Origin: Hormiphora californensis
Lineage: Eukaryota > Animalia > Ctenophora
Length of the DNA: 64,000 nt
Reading direction: 5' to 3'
Assembly: GCA_020137815.1 (NCBI GenBank)
Contig: CM035360.1
Coordinates: 4,154,001 to 4,218,000 of the forward strand
Below, piece by piece: positions 1 through 12,782 of this stretch; within the stretch, counting starts at the first letter, position 1; every line of letters begins with the position of its first letter. The notes beneath the pieces were generated by a model, which saw nothing but the letters and a program-made list of their open reading frames with translations, did no database searches and was not told where the DNA came from. Made by a program: the position numbers and the translations under genes.

Positions 1-44
1 ATATTTGGTCTTTATTTGTTGAGTCTTTAGGGAGTAGGAAATAC

Positions 45-106
45 TTGGTTACGAAATAACCCTTCTAACCTTCACGCATGCTGGAAAGGGGTAACTTCGT
101 AACCAA
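45..106. mobile_element. Micro-MITE family A (62 bp, TIR TTGGTTACGAA), 9-bp TSD
   Basis: aggaaatac|ttggttacgaa...ttcgtaaccaa|aggaaacac (one mismatch between TSD copies). Confidence 0.75.
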
Positions 107-185
107 AGGAAACACCAGGCAACACTATTTCAACTAACACTGCATTAGGTATGTTAGTACCCCTAATAAACTCCTGCCTCCCCAG

Positions 186-3100
186 TCCCACAAGGTCAAA
201 GTGATGGGTGAGATGGTCCCTGCATGTTTCCTGGAACTAGAGAAGTTTCTCGCGGAGATCCAACCTAGACCAACCAACAAGTACTACCCCTTCCCCGTCC
301 TTCTTCACAGCGAGCTGACTGTCCAGATGGCTGAGAGTGGCCTCAATATTAGGAAAGAGGACTTTGAAAATGTAAATTCAGCTTGATATATTGACACTTT
401 GTTCCTAATAATAACCCTTGTTATAAGAGTTCGTATACCACGCAAGCGAGCCTGAACACTTTAACCTTCTGCTCCCCCCTCCCCAGGTGATAGATCACCT
501 ATCAAATAATTCACCCCCTCCTCTCCCACACACCTACGATAGATCACCTATCAAATAATTCACCCCCTCCTCTCTCACACACCTACGATAGATCAACCCC
601 CCCCCCTCTCCAGGCGATAGACTTTCTACACGAGTGTGGTGTTGTTCTCCACTACAACAGCTACTCTCACGGACTCAACGAGCTCTACTTTACACAACCA
701 GAGTGGCTGTCGAGAATCTTCGGTCGAGTTATAACCATCCCTGCTGTCCATAACATGTGAGTACACGTTGTATAATATGGGACCTCGATTTACTGGAAAC
801 CCCGAGCCGATATATCAAAAAGATAAATGGAGGTGCCCAGTATATCGCGATATACTGGGCACCTCCATTTATCTTTTTGCTATTTAACCCTTTAAGGGCT
901 AGAAGGATTGGCTCGATAGATTTTTCTTATTTTTCGTTTATAAGTAGATATTATTACCACAAACTACCTCGAAAAAGAAATTTGAAGTTTCGACATGTAG
1001 TTTTTGCTGGGCCCACTGTGTCATATATGACTCTATCGTCCGTAAGGGAATTCTAGTAACAAATGTCATTTGTGCAAAAGTATGGGTCCAATAGTCAAAT
1101 TGTATGCTTTGAGGCAGTCTATAGCTATAATTTCTACAATCTTGAACGGTTTTTACTAGAAAAATACCCCAAATTCTACATTTTGTATCATATATGACTC
1201 TATCGTCCCAATTGGTAAATTCTCCAAAAACATCCATAACTTGGGCTAGAAAAGGAGCTAAGAGTCAAATCAGGGCACTAAACTGTGTAGAATCATCGCA
1301 TTAGTGGGGGTAGAGCACATATTTAGGTCGCTATCTATACCCCCTAATTGAGATAATTGGATAATTAGCCAATTATCTGTCCCGCGCATGCTAATAAATG
1401 AAACTTTGCTTTGGGAAGGAGTTATGAGGCAAATGGGGGAACTAAAATGTGTAGAATCATCACATTAGTGGGGTTAGAGCACATATTTAGGTCTCTATCT
1501 GGACCCCTAATTGAGATAATTGGATAATTAGCTAATTAGTTGCCCTCCAGCGCTAAAAAATTAAATTTGGCGGAGTATACAAGACAAATGGGGGCACTAA
1601 AATGTGTAAAATCGTCACCTTAGTGGGGGCAGAGCACATAGCTGAGTTTCTATTCCCGCTCCTAATTGAGATAATTGGATAATTAGCTAATTTACGGTTG
1701 CATAATGCCCCCTTTTCACCATATACCGTGGTTTCTGGCTAATCCTGAGCTCTTTTGTTCAATCTAAGGACCTTTTGGCATCCCTTTACCCAATTTGTAT
1801 CACCTTTGACTCGTTTTACACACTAATATAGCACTCTATACAACCCTAGACACCGCCTTCAGCTCTGTACAACCCCCTTGCTTCATCCTACTCCTAGCTA
1901 GACCTCTCATACACCATACTAAACGCCTTCTACAGATCATCTTTATTGCCGATGGATTTCATGAGAAGTTTCCTTAGTCGCAAATGAGATTGTGAGAGTG
2001 ATGAGGAGAAATAATGTAGGGGGAATCTAAACTGTGTGTCCAATAATAAAATGGGAAACTGTAGTACATTAGGGGTTGAAAGTCTTGTAGGAGCAATAGG
2101 ATATCCCAAAAAAAATCGGTTAGGAAGGTGTATGGATCTCGAAATTATGAGAGGTCTAGGATTAAGCAAGAGGGTTCTAAAGAGCTGAAGGCGGTGTCTA
2201 GGGTTGTATAGAGTGCTATATTAGTGTGTAAAACGAGTCAAAGGTGATACAAATTGGGTAAAGGGATGCCAAAAGGTCCTTAGATTGAACAAAAGAGCTC
2301 AGGATTAGCCAGAAACCACGGTATATGGTGAAAAGGGGGCATTATGCAACCGTAAATTAGCTAATTATCCAATTATCTCAATTAGGAGCGGGAATAGAAA
2401 CTCAGCTATGTGCTCTGCCCCCACTAAGGTGACGATTTTACACATTTTAGTGCCCCCATTTGTCTTGTATACTCCGCCAAATTTAATTTTTTAGCGCTGG
2501 AGGGCAACTAATTAGCTAATTATCCAATTATCTCAATTAGGGGTCCAGATAGAGACCTAAATATGTGCTCTAACCCCACTAATGTGATGATTCTATACAT
2601 TTTAGTGCCCCCATTTGCCTCATAACTCCTTCCCAAAGCAAAGTTTCATTTATTAGCATGCGCGGGACAGATAATTGGCTAATTATCCAATTATCTCAAT
2701 TAGGGGGCAAGATAGCGACCTAAATATGTGCTCTACCCCCACTAAGTCGAGGTTGGACATTGCACTCCGTCACAATGTGCCATTAGTCAATGTAAAAATT
2801 GGCTCACAACCCCCCTGGTATGATGAAGAGCTACGCCAACTTAAGAAATCGTTTGATAACTCTAGAAAAGCCTTCCTAAAAAATAAAGATAGTATTGTAG
2901 CTAAAGAGGAGTACGAACTCAAAGAACATCAATATAGAGCACTTGCAATTGAAAAAGAAACATCCTTTCTTGAGCTCTCCTCTATTATAGATGAAGACTC
3001 ACCAAATGCTAATGTATCTAAGAAATTTTTCAAACACGTTAAGTCCAAGACAAATAGTACTAGAATTCCTGAGACAGTACATTTTAGTAACAATTACAGT

Positions 3101-6100
3101 TCTGTGAGTCATCGTAAGTGTGAAATGTTCAATGAATTTTTCTGTAATCAATTCACTGAATCTAGCACTTACCAAGAAACTGTGGATATGGATAGAGATC
3201 ACACTACTGATTTTAACTTTGAGAAGTTTAGATATGATGAGATCCTAAAAATTCTAAAAAAGTTGGATGTATCAAAAGCAACAGGTCCAGATAATATTGA
3301 TGGTGTTGTCCTTAAGAAATGTCACAAATCCCTAGCTTATCCACTTACTCTTATATTCAATAAATCATATACAGAGGGATGTATACCAACAGAGTGGAAA
3401 ACTGCGAACGTTGTCCCAGTTCACAAGAAAGGGGATCGTTCATGCGTTGAGAATTATAGGCCTATATCCCTGACTTGCCTTGTTATGAAAGTGTTTGAGA
3501 AATTAGTAAGAGAACGCCTATACAAAGCCTGTTTAGATAAAATAACTCCCTATCAGCATGGTTTTGTACCCTTTAAGTCATGTACGTCGCAGCTGATTGA
3601 ATTTAATTGCGAATTAGCGCTTAACATAAATAACCGATATCAAACAGACATAGTTTACTTTGACTTTCAGAAGGCCTTCGATAGTGTATCACATGACGTA
3701 ATTATAAGAAAATTAAAAAATGAGTTCAATTTAGAAGGTAAGATGTTACGTTTCCTAATAAATTATTTATCCGGTAGGCAACAAAGGGTTGTGCTAGATG
3801 GGGATTTCTCAGAATGGGTAGAGGTCAGGAGTGGAGTTCCACAAGGCTCAATACTAGGGCCTTTCTTGTTTGTGTTATTTATAAATGATATAGTTAATGT
3901 TGTAAGAGATGATGATCTAACTAAAATTAGGCTATATGCAGATGATCTTAAAATATGGCGTGTTATAAATAGTGAAGAAGATAGTTTGCAGCCCGACATC
4001 GATAGTTTAGTGCAATGGGCTAACGATAATAAAATGATATTCCATCCCAACAAGTGTAAGCTGCTTAGATGTACTCAAAACATTAATCGACATCAATTAA
4101 ATTATCGCTTAGACAGAAATGAAATTAAATCATGTGAAAAAGAAATTGATCTAGGAGTCTCAACTAACCACAAATTATCGCCAATAGAACACCAGAAAAC
4201 TGTTGTTTCCAAAGCTTCTCAAAGATTAGGACTGGTGAAGCGTGTAGGGGTATTACTAGAGTGATTCATAATGATTTTCGCTAGCTATTTTTTCGGGGTT
4301 TCGTTCATCCGAGCCCTAAATTTTTTACAGGAACTTGTTCAGCACGAAATTTTGATCTCACGACACCATTTTTAGGGACCAGTCTATTTTTCTTCCAAAG
4401 GCTATAGCCCGTTTTCTAGTGGTTGGCCACTATGCCGTCTCCCGTATCAAAATATGGTCAAAATGCAAGTAAATTTTTTGAGAATTAGCCGTTTTCACAC
4501 ATAAGGTAGTCCATTCTATCAGTTGTCATCGGAAACAACCCATTTTGAGCCGAAAAAGTTGCTGGATTGGAGTAGGGTGCTAAAAATCGCCCAAAAAGTG
4601 GCAAAAAATGTGATTTCAAATCACCTGTTTTCGGGCAACATTTTTGAACTTCAATTTTAGGCCTTCTAAGACATCCAAAACCGCCAAATAACTTTAGGAT
4701 CATGTAGAGCTAAGCTTAATTTACAATTTGAGCTTTCAATCTTGGCAAAAGACCAACCAGGTCCGTGGTGACAGCCTTTTAAAGTAAAAAAATGGGTTTT
4801 TGACCAATTTCTAAAAATAGCCCACAAAATAAAACGTGAAAATTGGATTTAGATTTAATTTTTACACAAATGTCCCAAAAAGATGTCTTTCTTCCCCTAT
4901 AAAAAGTCCTGGATCCATTGGAATCAATTTACGGCCTCTACAGGGTTAAAACCAAGGACTGAAATTTGGGTTGTGAGACCGGAACAAAACTGAACTTCAT
5001 AAATAGTCCGTCACCGGTAAAATTTTGTCATTGAAAACTTTAAACATGGTCTTAGGGTTAACAAATAGTCCAAACTAAAAGATCCTGTAGAAATTTTTGG
5101 TCTCTATCATCACTAGCGATCCAGAAGTACCTAGCGAAAATCATTATGAATCACCCTAATAGTTAAATGCCCCCTAAAGAAGAAGAACCTCTACATTAGT
5201 CTAGTTAGATCCCTGTTCGAACACTGTAGCCAAATATGGCGACCAGTAAGTGATTCAAGTCTGCTTAAGTTTGAAAGTTTGCAGAAACGTGCCACAAAAT
5301 GGATATTCGGTGAAACAGACACTAGTTATAATTTAGAAACGTATGTAAAGAAACTCAGGGAGATTGACGTACTCCCAATGACTCAAAAATTTCAATATAA
5401 TGATCTTAAGTTGTTCCATAAAATATTCTATGAAACATCTCCTATAAAATTTCCATCTTTCCTACAAAAATACGATCCGGAATCACATTTCAGACGCACC
5501 ACCAGACAACAAACGAAACGAGACAGAACGAACATTATATGCATTGAACAACCTAGAGTGGACCTGTTCAAAAACTGTTACTTCTACCGTTGCCACCTTG
5601 AGTGGAATTTACTGCCTCAAGAACTGAGAAATACAACCGAACACAATTTATTTTCCTCCAAACTGAAAGACCATCTCTGGAACGCCTTACATGACACAAC
5701 TTAATTCGCCTCTGTGGTGGGGGTCCCTTTCTCTTCCTTTATCTCTGCAGTATCTCTCCCACCTCCACACATAGCTCATTCTTTACATTGTACTCAAATA
5801 TGAGGTTTGGAGTGGTGTTGAACAGTTTGAAACAGGACGGGCGCCCCCACCACAGATATGAATTCTATCTGATATAAATCTCTACCAACAGCCGACGGTA
5901 TACTGAATTTTGGATGGGGATTATGGGGGAGGGGTGGGGGACTAGCAAAAATGGGCAAGGGTAAGTAATTATTTTTATCATTAATGAGTGAATTAAAATT
6001 AACCATCTAGTCTAGTGTGAATAGCATTATAGCCATTTCTATTTTTATTTAGCTATTAAAAGTATACTATATTAGTCTGTTTGTCCGTAGTGTGCGAGAA

Positions 6101-9100
6101 CTGTCTGTGAGTGAATTTTTATAGTATTTTGAGGTGTAAGCGCTCCGTCTATATTGACACTCCGTCAATAGGAGCCAACCGGGATATTGTCTTTATATAT
6201 TGTATATCGATTTTTATCCTTTTTCAAATCATAATGCGATGATTCTACACAGTTTAGTGCCCTGATTTGACTCTTAGCTCCTTTTCTAGCCCGAGTTATG
6301 GATGTTTTTGGAGAATTTACCAATTGGGACGATAGAGTCATATATGATACAAAATGTAGAATTTGGGGTATTTTTCTAGTAAAAACCGTTCAAGATTGTA
6401 GAAATTATAGCTATAGACTGCCTCAAAGCATACAATTTGACTATTGGACCCATACTTTTGCACAAATGACATTTGTTACTAGAATTCCCTTACGGACGAT
6501 AGAGTCATATATGATACAACGACTAAAACGTTAATAACTCATTCAATTTTCAATATTTTTTGATGCGGTTTTTTGCATTCGATTTGCTATGTCAAGTATT
6601 TTTATCCCTTCAAAGGATTATTTGTGCCCCTCAGAAACAAAAATTTTAGAGGGGTTTTTAAAATAAGGCCTAAATTAGCCTCCCGAGAAGGGCCATAAAA
6701 AAATTTCTTCGATTTTCCGAGCAGATTTGGACGTGGTTTTGGGTTCAAAATCCCTAAAACTAGCTTGTGACAAAAAATTAGCCACCTAGACATCATGTAG
6801 CGCCTTCCAGACGGTCTAGAATGGACCGTGTCATATATGACCTATCGCCCTCAAAGGGTTAAGTTGAACCAACTTCGATTATATGAGATGATTCCCGTCC
6901 CCAATTAGAACATAACAACCAATTGGTAAGTTACCAAGATCCTAATGAATGTATCTCAGGGTTCGAGATGGGATACTCCGAAAGAAGGATCTGCTGTTAA
7001 TTGTTGGTAATGATATTCAGGGTCCTGACGCTAATGCCCTGATTGAGAAACTGGTCCACGTCATGGAGAGGTGTGTGTGTGATAGAGGGAGAGGGAGAGG
7101 GAGAGGGAGAGGGAGAGGAGAGAGAGAGAGGGAGAGGGAGAGGAGTGGGAGAGGGGGAGGGAGGGGGAGAGGGAGAGGGAGAGGGAGAGGGAGAGGGAGA
7201 GGGAGAGGGAGAGGGAGAGGGAGAGGGAGAGGGAGAGGGAGAGGGAGAGGGAGAGGGAGAGGGAGAGGGAGAGGGAGAGGGAGAGGGAGAGGGAGAGGGA
7301 GAGGGAGAGGGAGAGGGAGAGGGAGAGGGAGAGGGAGAGGGAGAGGGAGAGGGAGAGGGAGAGGGAGAGGGAGGTAAAGAGAAAGAGAGAGGAAGAGATA
7401 GAGAGAGGAAGAGATAGGAAGAGATAGAAAGAGAGGGGGGATCGCGTGTTTCAGTTCAGTTACTAACAAATACAATACCCTTTAGGTTTGGTATAATCCT
7501 GACTTTGGACAGCGAGGACATTTTGATTCCCTCCCACCTGCCCGATACAAAACCAGCCAACTTGGACTCGAATCTAGGTGAGGAAAAACAAACAAACAAA
7601 CAAACAAACAAACAAACAAACAAACAAACAAACAAAACAACAAACAAACAAACAAACAAACAAACAAACAAACAAACAAACAAACGAGGTTCAAGATAAA
7701 TCTCAATTTACAGAGACGCATTGCCTGGAGCGGTTCTATAGAATGCCTTGTATCCCGCACGGGTTCTGGTCTCGACTGATCACCCGTCTCGCCCTCTTTT
7801 CACCAACCAACCGTCTGGAAGGAGAAACCCTGATGTGGAAAACGGGAATCTACGCAAACACTTCCGCTACTCGGACTCAGGTGATTTTATAGATCATGGG
7901 AAGCTAGCAAATTCGAGTTAGGGGGAACTTGGGCAGAATAATATGCACCTGTGCAGTAGGTTACATATGTTGAAGAATGTGTAACCACCAGCCATGTATT
8001 TTCATGTGTGTAACCAGGTGTCATGTGTAACCAGGTGTAACCAGGTGTCGTGTGTAACCAGGTGTCATGTGTAACCAGGTGTCATGTGTAACAAGGTGTA
8101 ACCAGGTGTCGTGTGTAACCAGGTGTCATGTGTAACCAGGTGTCATGTGTAACAAGGTGTCATGTGTAACCAGGTGTAACCAGCTGTGTATACATTTCAG
8201 GTTCGCCTGTACATGTTAGTTGAGGAAGTACCGGAAAACAGGGTCAGGATTGAGACGAGTGCAGGGGGATCCCAGTTGTTGGGCCGCATAATCCATCATA
8301 TAGACACTCTAGTGTCAGAATGGTACCAGGTAAAGCTGTTTGTTTGTTTGGTTTTCTGTTTGTTTGTTTGTTTGTTTGTTTGTTTTTCTGTTTGTTTGGT
8401 TGTTTTTGTTTGTTTGTTTGTTTGTTTGTTTGTTTGTTTGTTTGTTTGTTTGTTTGTTATCTGAGTTTGTTTCCTTCACAATGGCTCAAACCAAAAACTA
8501 AGAATTAATGTTCTTCTCCTTCATCTTAGAGAAGTTCTCTGTTTCTAGATTCACTCAATTCTGACGCCCCCCCCCCCCCCATTCTGACCTACCAGGGATC
8601 AGCTCCACAATATTTAAGGGCAAGCAAGTGGTCACCATCTTTTGTCTCCCATCTTTTGTCCCCCATCTAAGTATGTTTGATATCATGCACCACTCTTGGT
8701 CCCCCCCTGATAACATCTTTTGGTCTAATTGCGGACAACAAAACAGATCTCTCCGATACGATAATTCTGCATAAAACACAAAATTCTATCTCTCATATAT
8801 TTATGACATTGCCCCACCCTTCCCTCTCAGCTCCTAATTATACCATAATCATCTATGTTTAAGCTGTTTTTTCCTCAATTTCTCTAATCCCAGCTCATCC
8901 CATCTACACCTGCAAACTTGATCCGGTCCCCTCACTCCACTCCTCCACTACCCAACTCCCTCTCTTTCACTGTCAGGTCAATGCTCTGACCACAGTTCTC
9001 GTGCGCTCCGAGAAATGAGAATAGGGTCAGGCCAATGCTCTGACAGCTCTTTCACGACATCAAATAATCCTCCCCTCTCCCCTTCAGGGCCTGATCAACT

Positions 9101-11367
9101 GTGACGTGTACGGAAATGCAATAACAGAATACCTGGTACCATGTCGCCAGTGCCGGGTCGAAGACTTCCCCGCTCCGACCCTCTTCACCCTACAAACCCT
9201 AATCAGGGAGAGCGAGACAAGTGACACGGTCCTCTGTGCCCAGCACCACGCCAATAACGGGGTGGTTAACATCGCGGACATTGCCCCCGATGTCATGCTC
9301 CGAGACTTTGGGGAGCTGTTGTTGGGGGAGGATCAGCAGCTGGTATACAACGAGCGGGTGTGTCTGGGTGTGGGAGGTCAGGGTAGTGTGTACACGGGCA
9401 CGTTTGGGGAGGTAAAAGTGGCGGTTAAATTGTTTCCGGTGTGTTGCTACGATGATCCCGATGCCTGGATAGAACCTGACCGGCAACCTCACTACATGTT
9501 GAGACAGGAGTGTTGTATCTTACGACTACTTGATCACCCCGCCATTGTTAAATTCTATGGTGTTGTCCTCCGACCCCGGGCTATGGTGATGGAATTAGCC
9601 CATTATGGGTCTCTAGATGGCATGATTAAGACGGGAGGTCCGCCGCTCTCCAGGCTCTTCATTCACCGAGTGTTGATCCAAGTTAGTGAAGGACTGGACT
9701 ATCTTCACAGAATGGCGGTTATTTACCGGGATCTCAAACCCAATAACATTCTAATAGTCTCCAAAGATTTGGGGGTTGAGGTTAATGCTAAGCTGACCGA
9801 TTTTGGGATAAGTGGCCTCAGCACGGACGAGGGTTTGTTGTGTGAGGTGGGTACTACAGGGTACATGGCCACTAATATAAACGGACAGGCATATGATAAG
9901 GACGTGGATGTCTTCAGTTACGGGATTCTAGTCCGTGAGATTCTCACTGGAGAGAAGGTGTGTTCTGAACTCCAATTTGGTGCCCAGATCGCGGAGGCGT
10001 TGCAGAATGGTGCTGCTATGTTAAGGGATAACACTCACGGGTGGCATGATCTGACCCATTTACTGAACCTATGCGTTAGCCCGAGACCCTCTGATCGACC
10101 TACAGCGAGGGAGGTCACCAGTTGGTTGGCAAGGGTTGATGTGCTAGCTCTCAGGACAGTTGATCGGTTAATTGACCCTGGCATGTCAATAACTGGTCTT
10201 TACACGCTACTAACAAAGGGTGAGGGAGTTATGGAGTTGTGGGTGGTGGTCAAGAAATCAGACTGTTTTACTAAAACGAACGGAATCTCTGTGTTATCCC
10301 TTGACCGAAACAACTCTCTCGTCCAAGAGTGTGTGATTGAAATTAAGGAGGATGTCAACTGCATCTCTGGTTACCATGACAACTTGGTGGTTGCTGGGGG
10401 ATCCCGTGGCACTCTAACACTCCTCAAATCCACCACCTACACCGTTCTCTCTGTAGTCTTAGTCCCGGGCCTCTCCCCAGAGGATCGAGTCCTGTCTATG
10501 GCGGTGTTCTCGGAATATGACCCACCATACCTCGTCCTGGGTCTGAGTACCGGGAAGATTGCCATGGTTGGCAGGGTAACGGAATCCGTTACCAAGTGCG
10601 GTAAAATGGTGAATGTATGCCATAGCCCTATTACAGAGGTAGCGGTTTGGAAACACAACCTCCTAGTCGCATCTGACCAGTCGTTACATGTGTATGAAGT
10701 TGGAGGATTCACTAAACTCTGCACAGTGGAGCTCAGTGGAAGGAACATGTGCGCTAACTCCATCATCAGGATGGTAATTGTGGGGAAGGAGATCTGGTTG
10801 ACAATGTTTAACTCTAATCTGGTGTATGTCTGTCCGTTTAAGACGAACCCAGCCGGTCAGATCGTGTCTGTTAGCCTGGACTCCAGGAAAAACCTGGACA
10901 TTAAGGAGATGCTGGTAGCTAAACGGAGGGAACAGGACACGGGGATTAGTGGGGGTACACCTGATTACAACATGTATAACAGTGGGATATTTGAGAGATT
11001 GGATCACATGTCAAGTAGCGGGTCAGGTGGCAAGGATTTCCGTATCAAGTGTCTGACACAATGCGGGGAGGATGTCTATGTTGGTCTCTCAAATGGTACT
11101 CTAATCCAGCTGGATAACACGACCTACAGGATCAAGTTTATTGCCCGGCGACACCGAGATCCTCTCAGAGTGGTTGCTAGGATGGGAGAGGTGATGGTTA
11201 CCATGGCAACAGGCGTTGTGGATGTCTCAGATCAGGAGATTCCTGGGGCGGATGCCTGTACCTGGGAGATAGGTGATGAACAGAGCCATAGTATGGAGAG
11301 ATACCTACAAGCGAGAAAGAGACTCATTGCACGGGTGGAAAACAAAACTAAACGCGGCTTTTCTTAA
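186..11367 (+). CDS. ROCO/LRRK-like kinase, 3' portion (COR, kinase, WD40-like C-terminus). Exons 186-371, 614-756, 6960-7070, 7486-7577, 7714-7880, 8201-8329, 9088-11367; gene begins upstream of the window
   Basis: All junctions are GT-AG and phase-consistent. COR motifs [54 protein letters not shown] and [12 protein letters not shown]. Kinase motifs [33 protein letters not shown]. Beta-rich C-terminus. Confidence 0.9.
489..595 (+). repeat. 49-bp tandem duplication in LRRK intron, starting at a decoy acceptor
   Basis: gatagatcacctatcaaataattcacc... occurs twice plus a partial copy; ccccag|gtgataga resembles the real acceptor tccag|gcgataga at 613. Confidence 0.8.
816..879. repeat. Perfect 64-bp palindrome
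   Basis: caaaaagataaatggaggtgcccagtatatcg|cgatatactgggcacctccatttatctttttg. Confidence 0.9.
2746..5704 (+). pseudogene. LINE ORF2 reverse transcriptase, split by a MITE (2746-4255 + 5162-5704)
   Basis: Motifs [34 protein letters not shown]. Removing the MITE plus one TA gives in-frame LVKRVGVL|[28 protein letters not shown]. Confidence 0.9.
4256..5159. mobile_element. Tc1/mariner-type MITE (904 bp), TA TSD
   Basis: TA|ctagagtgattcataatgattttcgctag ... ctagcgaaaatcattatgaatcaccctaa|TA. Confidence 0.9.
7083..7372. repeat. (GAGAGG)n microsatellite, intronic
   Basis: Seen directly. Confidence 0.95.
7585..7685. repeat. (AAAC)n microsatellite, intronic
   Basis: Seen directly. Confidence 0.95.
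8005..8185. repeat. Minisatellite tgtaaccaggtgtcatg, intronic
   Basis: Seen directly. Confidence 0.9.
8337..8457. repeat. (GTTT)n microsatellite, intronic
   Basis: Seen directly. Confidence 0.95.
8970..9046. mobile_element. Micro-MITE family B (77 bp, CTGTCAG termini), 8-bp TSD
   Basis: ctctttca|ctgtcagg...ctctgacag|ctctttca. Confidence 0.85.
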
Positions 11368-11979
11368 AACTCTGACATGTTTTAGATCGCTTTATACCGT
11401 GTTTTTTGAAATTAGTTTGTGTCATCTTTTTTTATGTTTGAAACTTTGACTTGTAGACCTGATTCTCATATCCTTTTTTTAATTTTCAGATTTTTATGTG
11501 ACAGACAGCTGATTTTTTACACCTTTCTACTAATTTTTATTCAAAAGAGACTGGAAAAAATGTTGTTGAAAGTTGATTCTGTGAAAACCTTTTATAAAAT
11601 ATTTCCCCCCTCGTTAAATGACCATTATTTTTAGTTAGGCGTGTCCAAACACTTCCACTCTGACTCTCTGCTTGAAAGAAAATCTGAAACTGATCGTATT
11701 TCTTCTTTGTCGATCTGGCTTTCTCTAACGTTTTGTCCACGCCTAACCCACTTTCAGCTAGTCGAACGACCGCAAAACAATGCACCAAAATCACTTCTAA
11801 TTCTCTATCCCATATCAGCAGTGAATCGCAGTATTGGCAGAAAGTTTTATAAAGGAGCAAAGAAAAGACATCGCGATGTCCTATCCGCCGTGGAGTTTGG
11901 AGGACCCGTGTTTTCCTGACGACACCAGGCACCAATGACCGGTAAGAATAATACGAAGCCGTCTGATTCCACCACCCCG

Positions 11980-12782
11980 ATCAATGTATTCTTCTTCGGA
12001 CTCTGAAGAAGAATACATTGCCCGCGTAGCGGGCAAGCCCCGTAGGGGCGCGCGTTGGTGACATAGACACCGTGCGCGACCAAGATTGAGCTCACACACA
12101 GGTGTCTGCTCCGCCTCAAAAAGGGTCGTTTCTTTCAAGGGATGTTGCACGCGATCCACTGGACCGATTTGCATCCGGTTTGTCGCAAAAGACTACAAAT
12201 GATCCTAATATACTGGAAAATACCCGAGAAGTTTGTCTGTCAACAGGAAGTGGGTCAAAATTGACACTGAAGTCAAACCTATAATATGGCTTCCGAGAGT
12301 TTCTGCACTACGCCCATGCGATTTAGAAGATATTGGGAGATATGTTGATACAATTAGCATCAGCTATTAACGCCGGGTATTTTCCAGTACTCACAAGAGT
12401 TCAACCTATCTTCTGATACCCTCAAATTCATTCTACACCGTCTGGGAGTGGTGCAAAAAGGCTCGGAAGCCAGATCATAGATTTGACTTCAGTGTCAATT
12501 TTGACACCCTTCCTGTTGACAGACAAACTTCTCGGGTATTTTCCAGTAAACTAAGACCAATTTGTAGTCTTTTGCGACAAACCGGATGCAAATCGGTTCA
12601 GTGGATCACGTGCAATTTGGCTTGAAAGACACGACCCTTTTTTAGGGGGCGGAGCGGACACCTATGTGCGAGCTCGATCTCGGTCGCTGCGCGACCTCGA
12701 TCTCGCATGCACTAGGTGTCAATGTCACCAAGGGCGCGCGAACATGAGGGGCGCGACGTGCCCAAAAGAATACATTGATCTG
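11980..12782. mobile_element. Imperfect foldback element related to 41760-42300
   Basis: ~12100-12315 is the reverse complement of ~12445-12662; shares gatctcggtcgctgcgcgacctcgatctc and gatgcaaatcggttcagt with the 42 kb element. Confidence 0.7.

Larger units (their letters stand above)
2746..6231 (+). mobile_element. 5'-truncated non-LTR retrotransposon (CR1/L2/Jockey group) inserted in the right arm of the foldback
   Basis: The arm sequence breaks at ...ccccactaa (2745) and resumes at taatgcgatg (6232). Contains an RT ORF and a 3' UTR with a stem-loop tattgac-actcc-gtcaata (~6153-6171). Confidence 0.9.
888..6858. mobile_element. Non-autonomous piggyBac-like foldback element with TTAA TSD, interrupted by a LINE
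   Basis: TTAA|ccctttaagggc ... gccctcaaaggg|TTAA. Long internal inverted arms (~1018-1875 vs ~2170-2745 plus 6232-6517) contain ~160-bp subrepeats and TCATATATGA motifs. No transposase ORF. Confidence 0.75.

Noticed and set aside
938-1237. Duplicated [13 protein letters not shown] (also at 6298), and paired ORFs at 20958/21104, 36320/36937, 53818/54245 and 17758/32749
   Set aside because: They arise from inverted arms or copies of non-coding elements and have no protein motifs.
2675-2745. N-terminus of the 529-aa RT ORF
   Set aside because: Chance read-through from the foldback arm; the LINE starts at ~2746 and has no endonuclease domain.
6949-7760. GR/GE/LP and TNKQ/FVCL repeat ORFs, and similar ER/LS ORFs at 14.5, 28, 35 and 56 kb
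   Set aside because: Translations of microsatellites; only the embedded LRRK exons are real.
11641-11919. SKHF motif suggesting a THAP domain
   Set aside because: No preceding Cys or other THAP residues.
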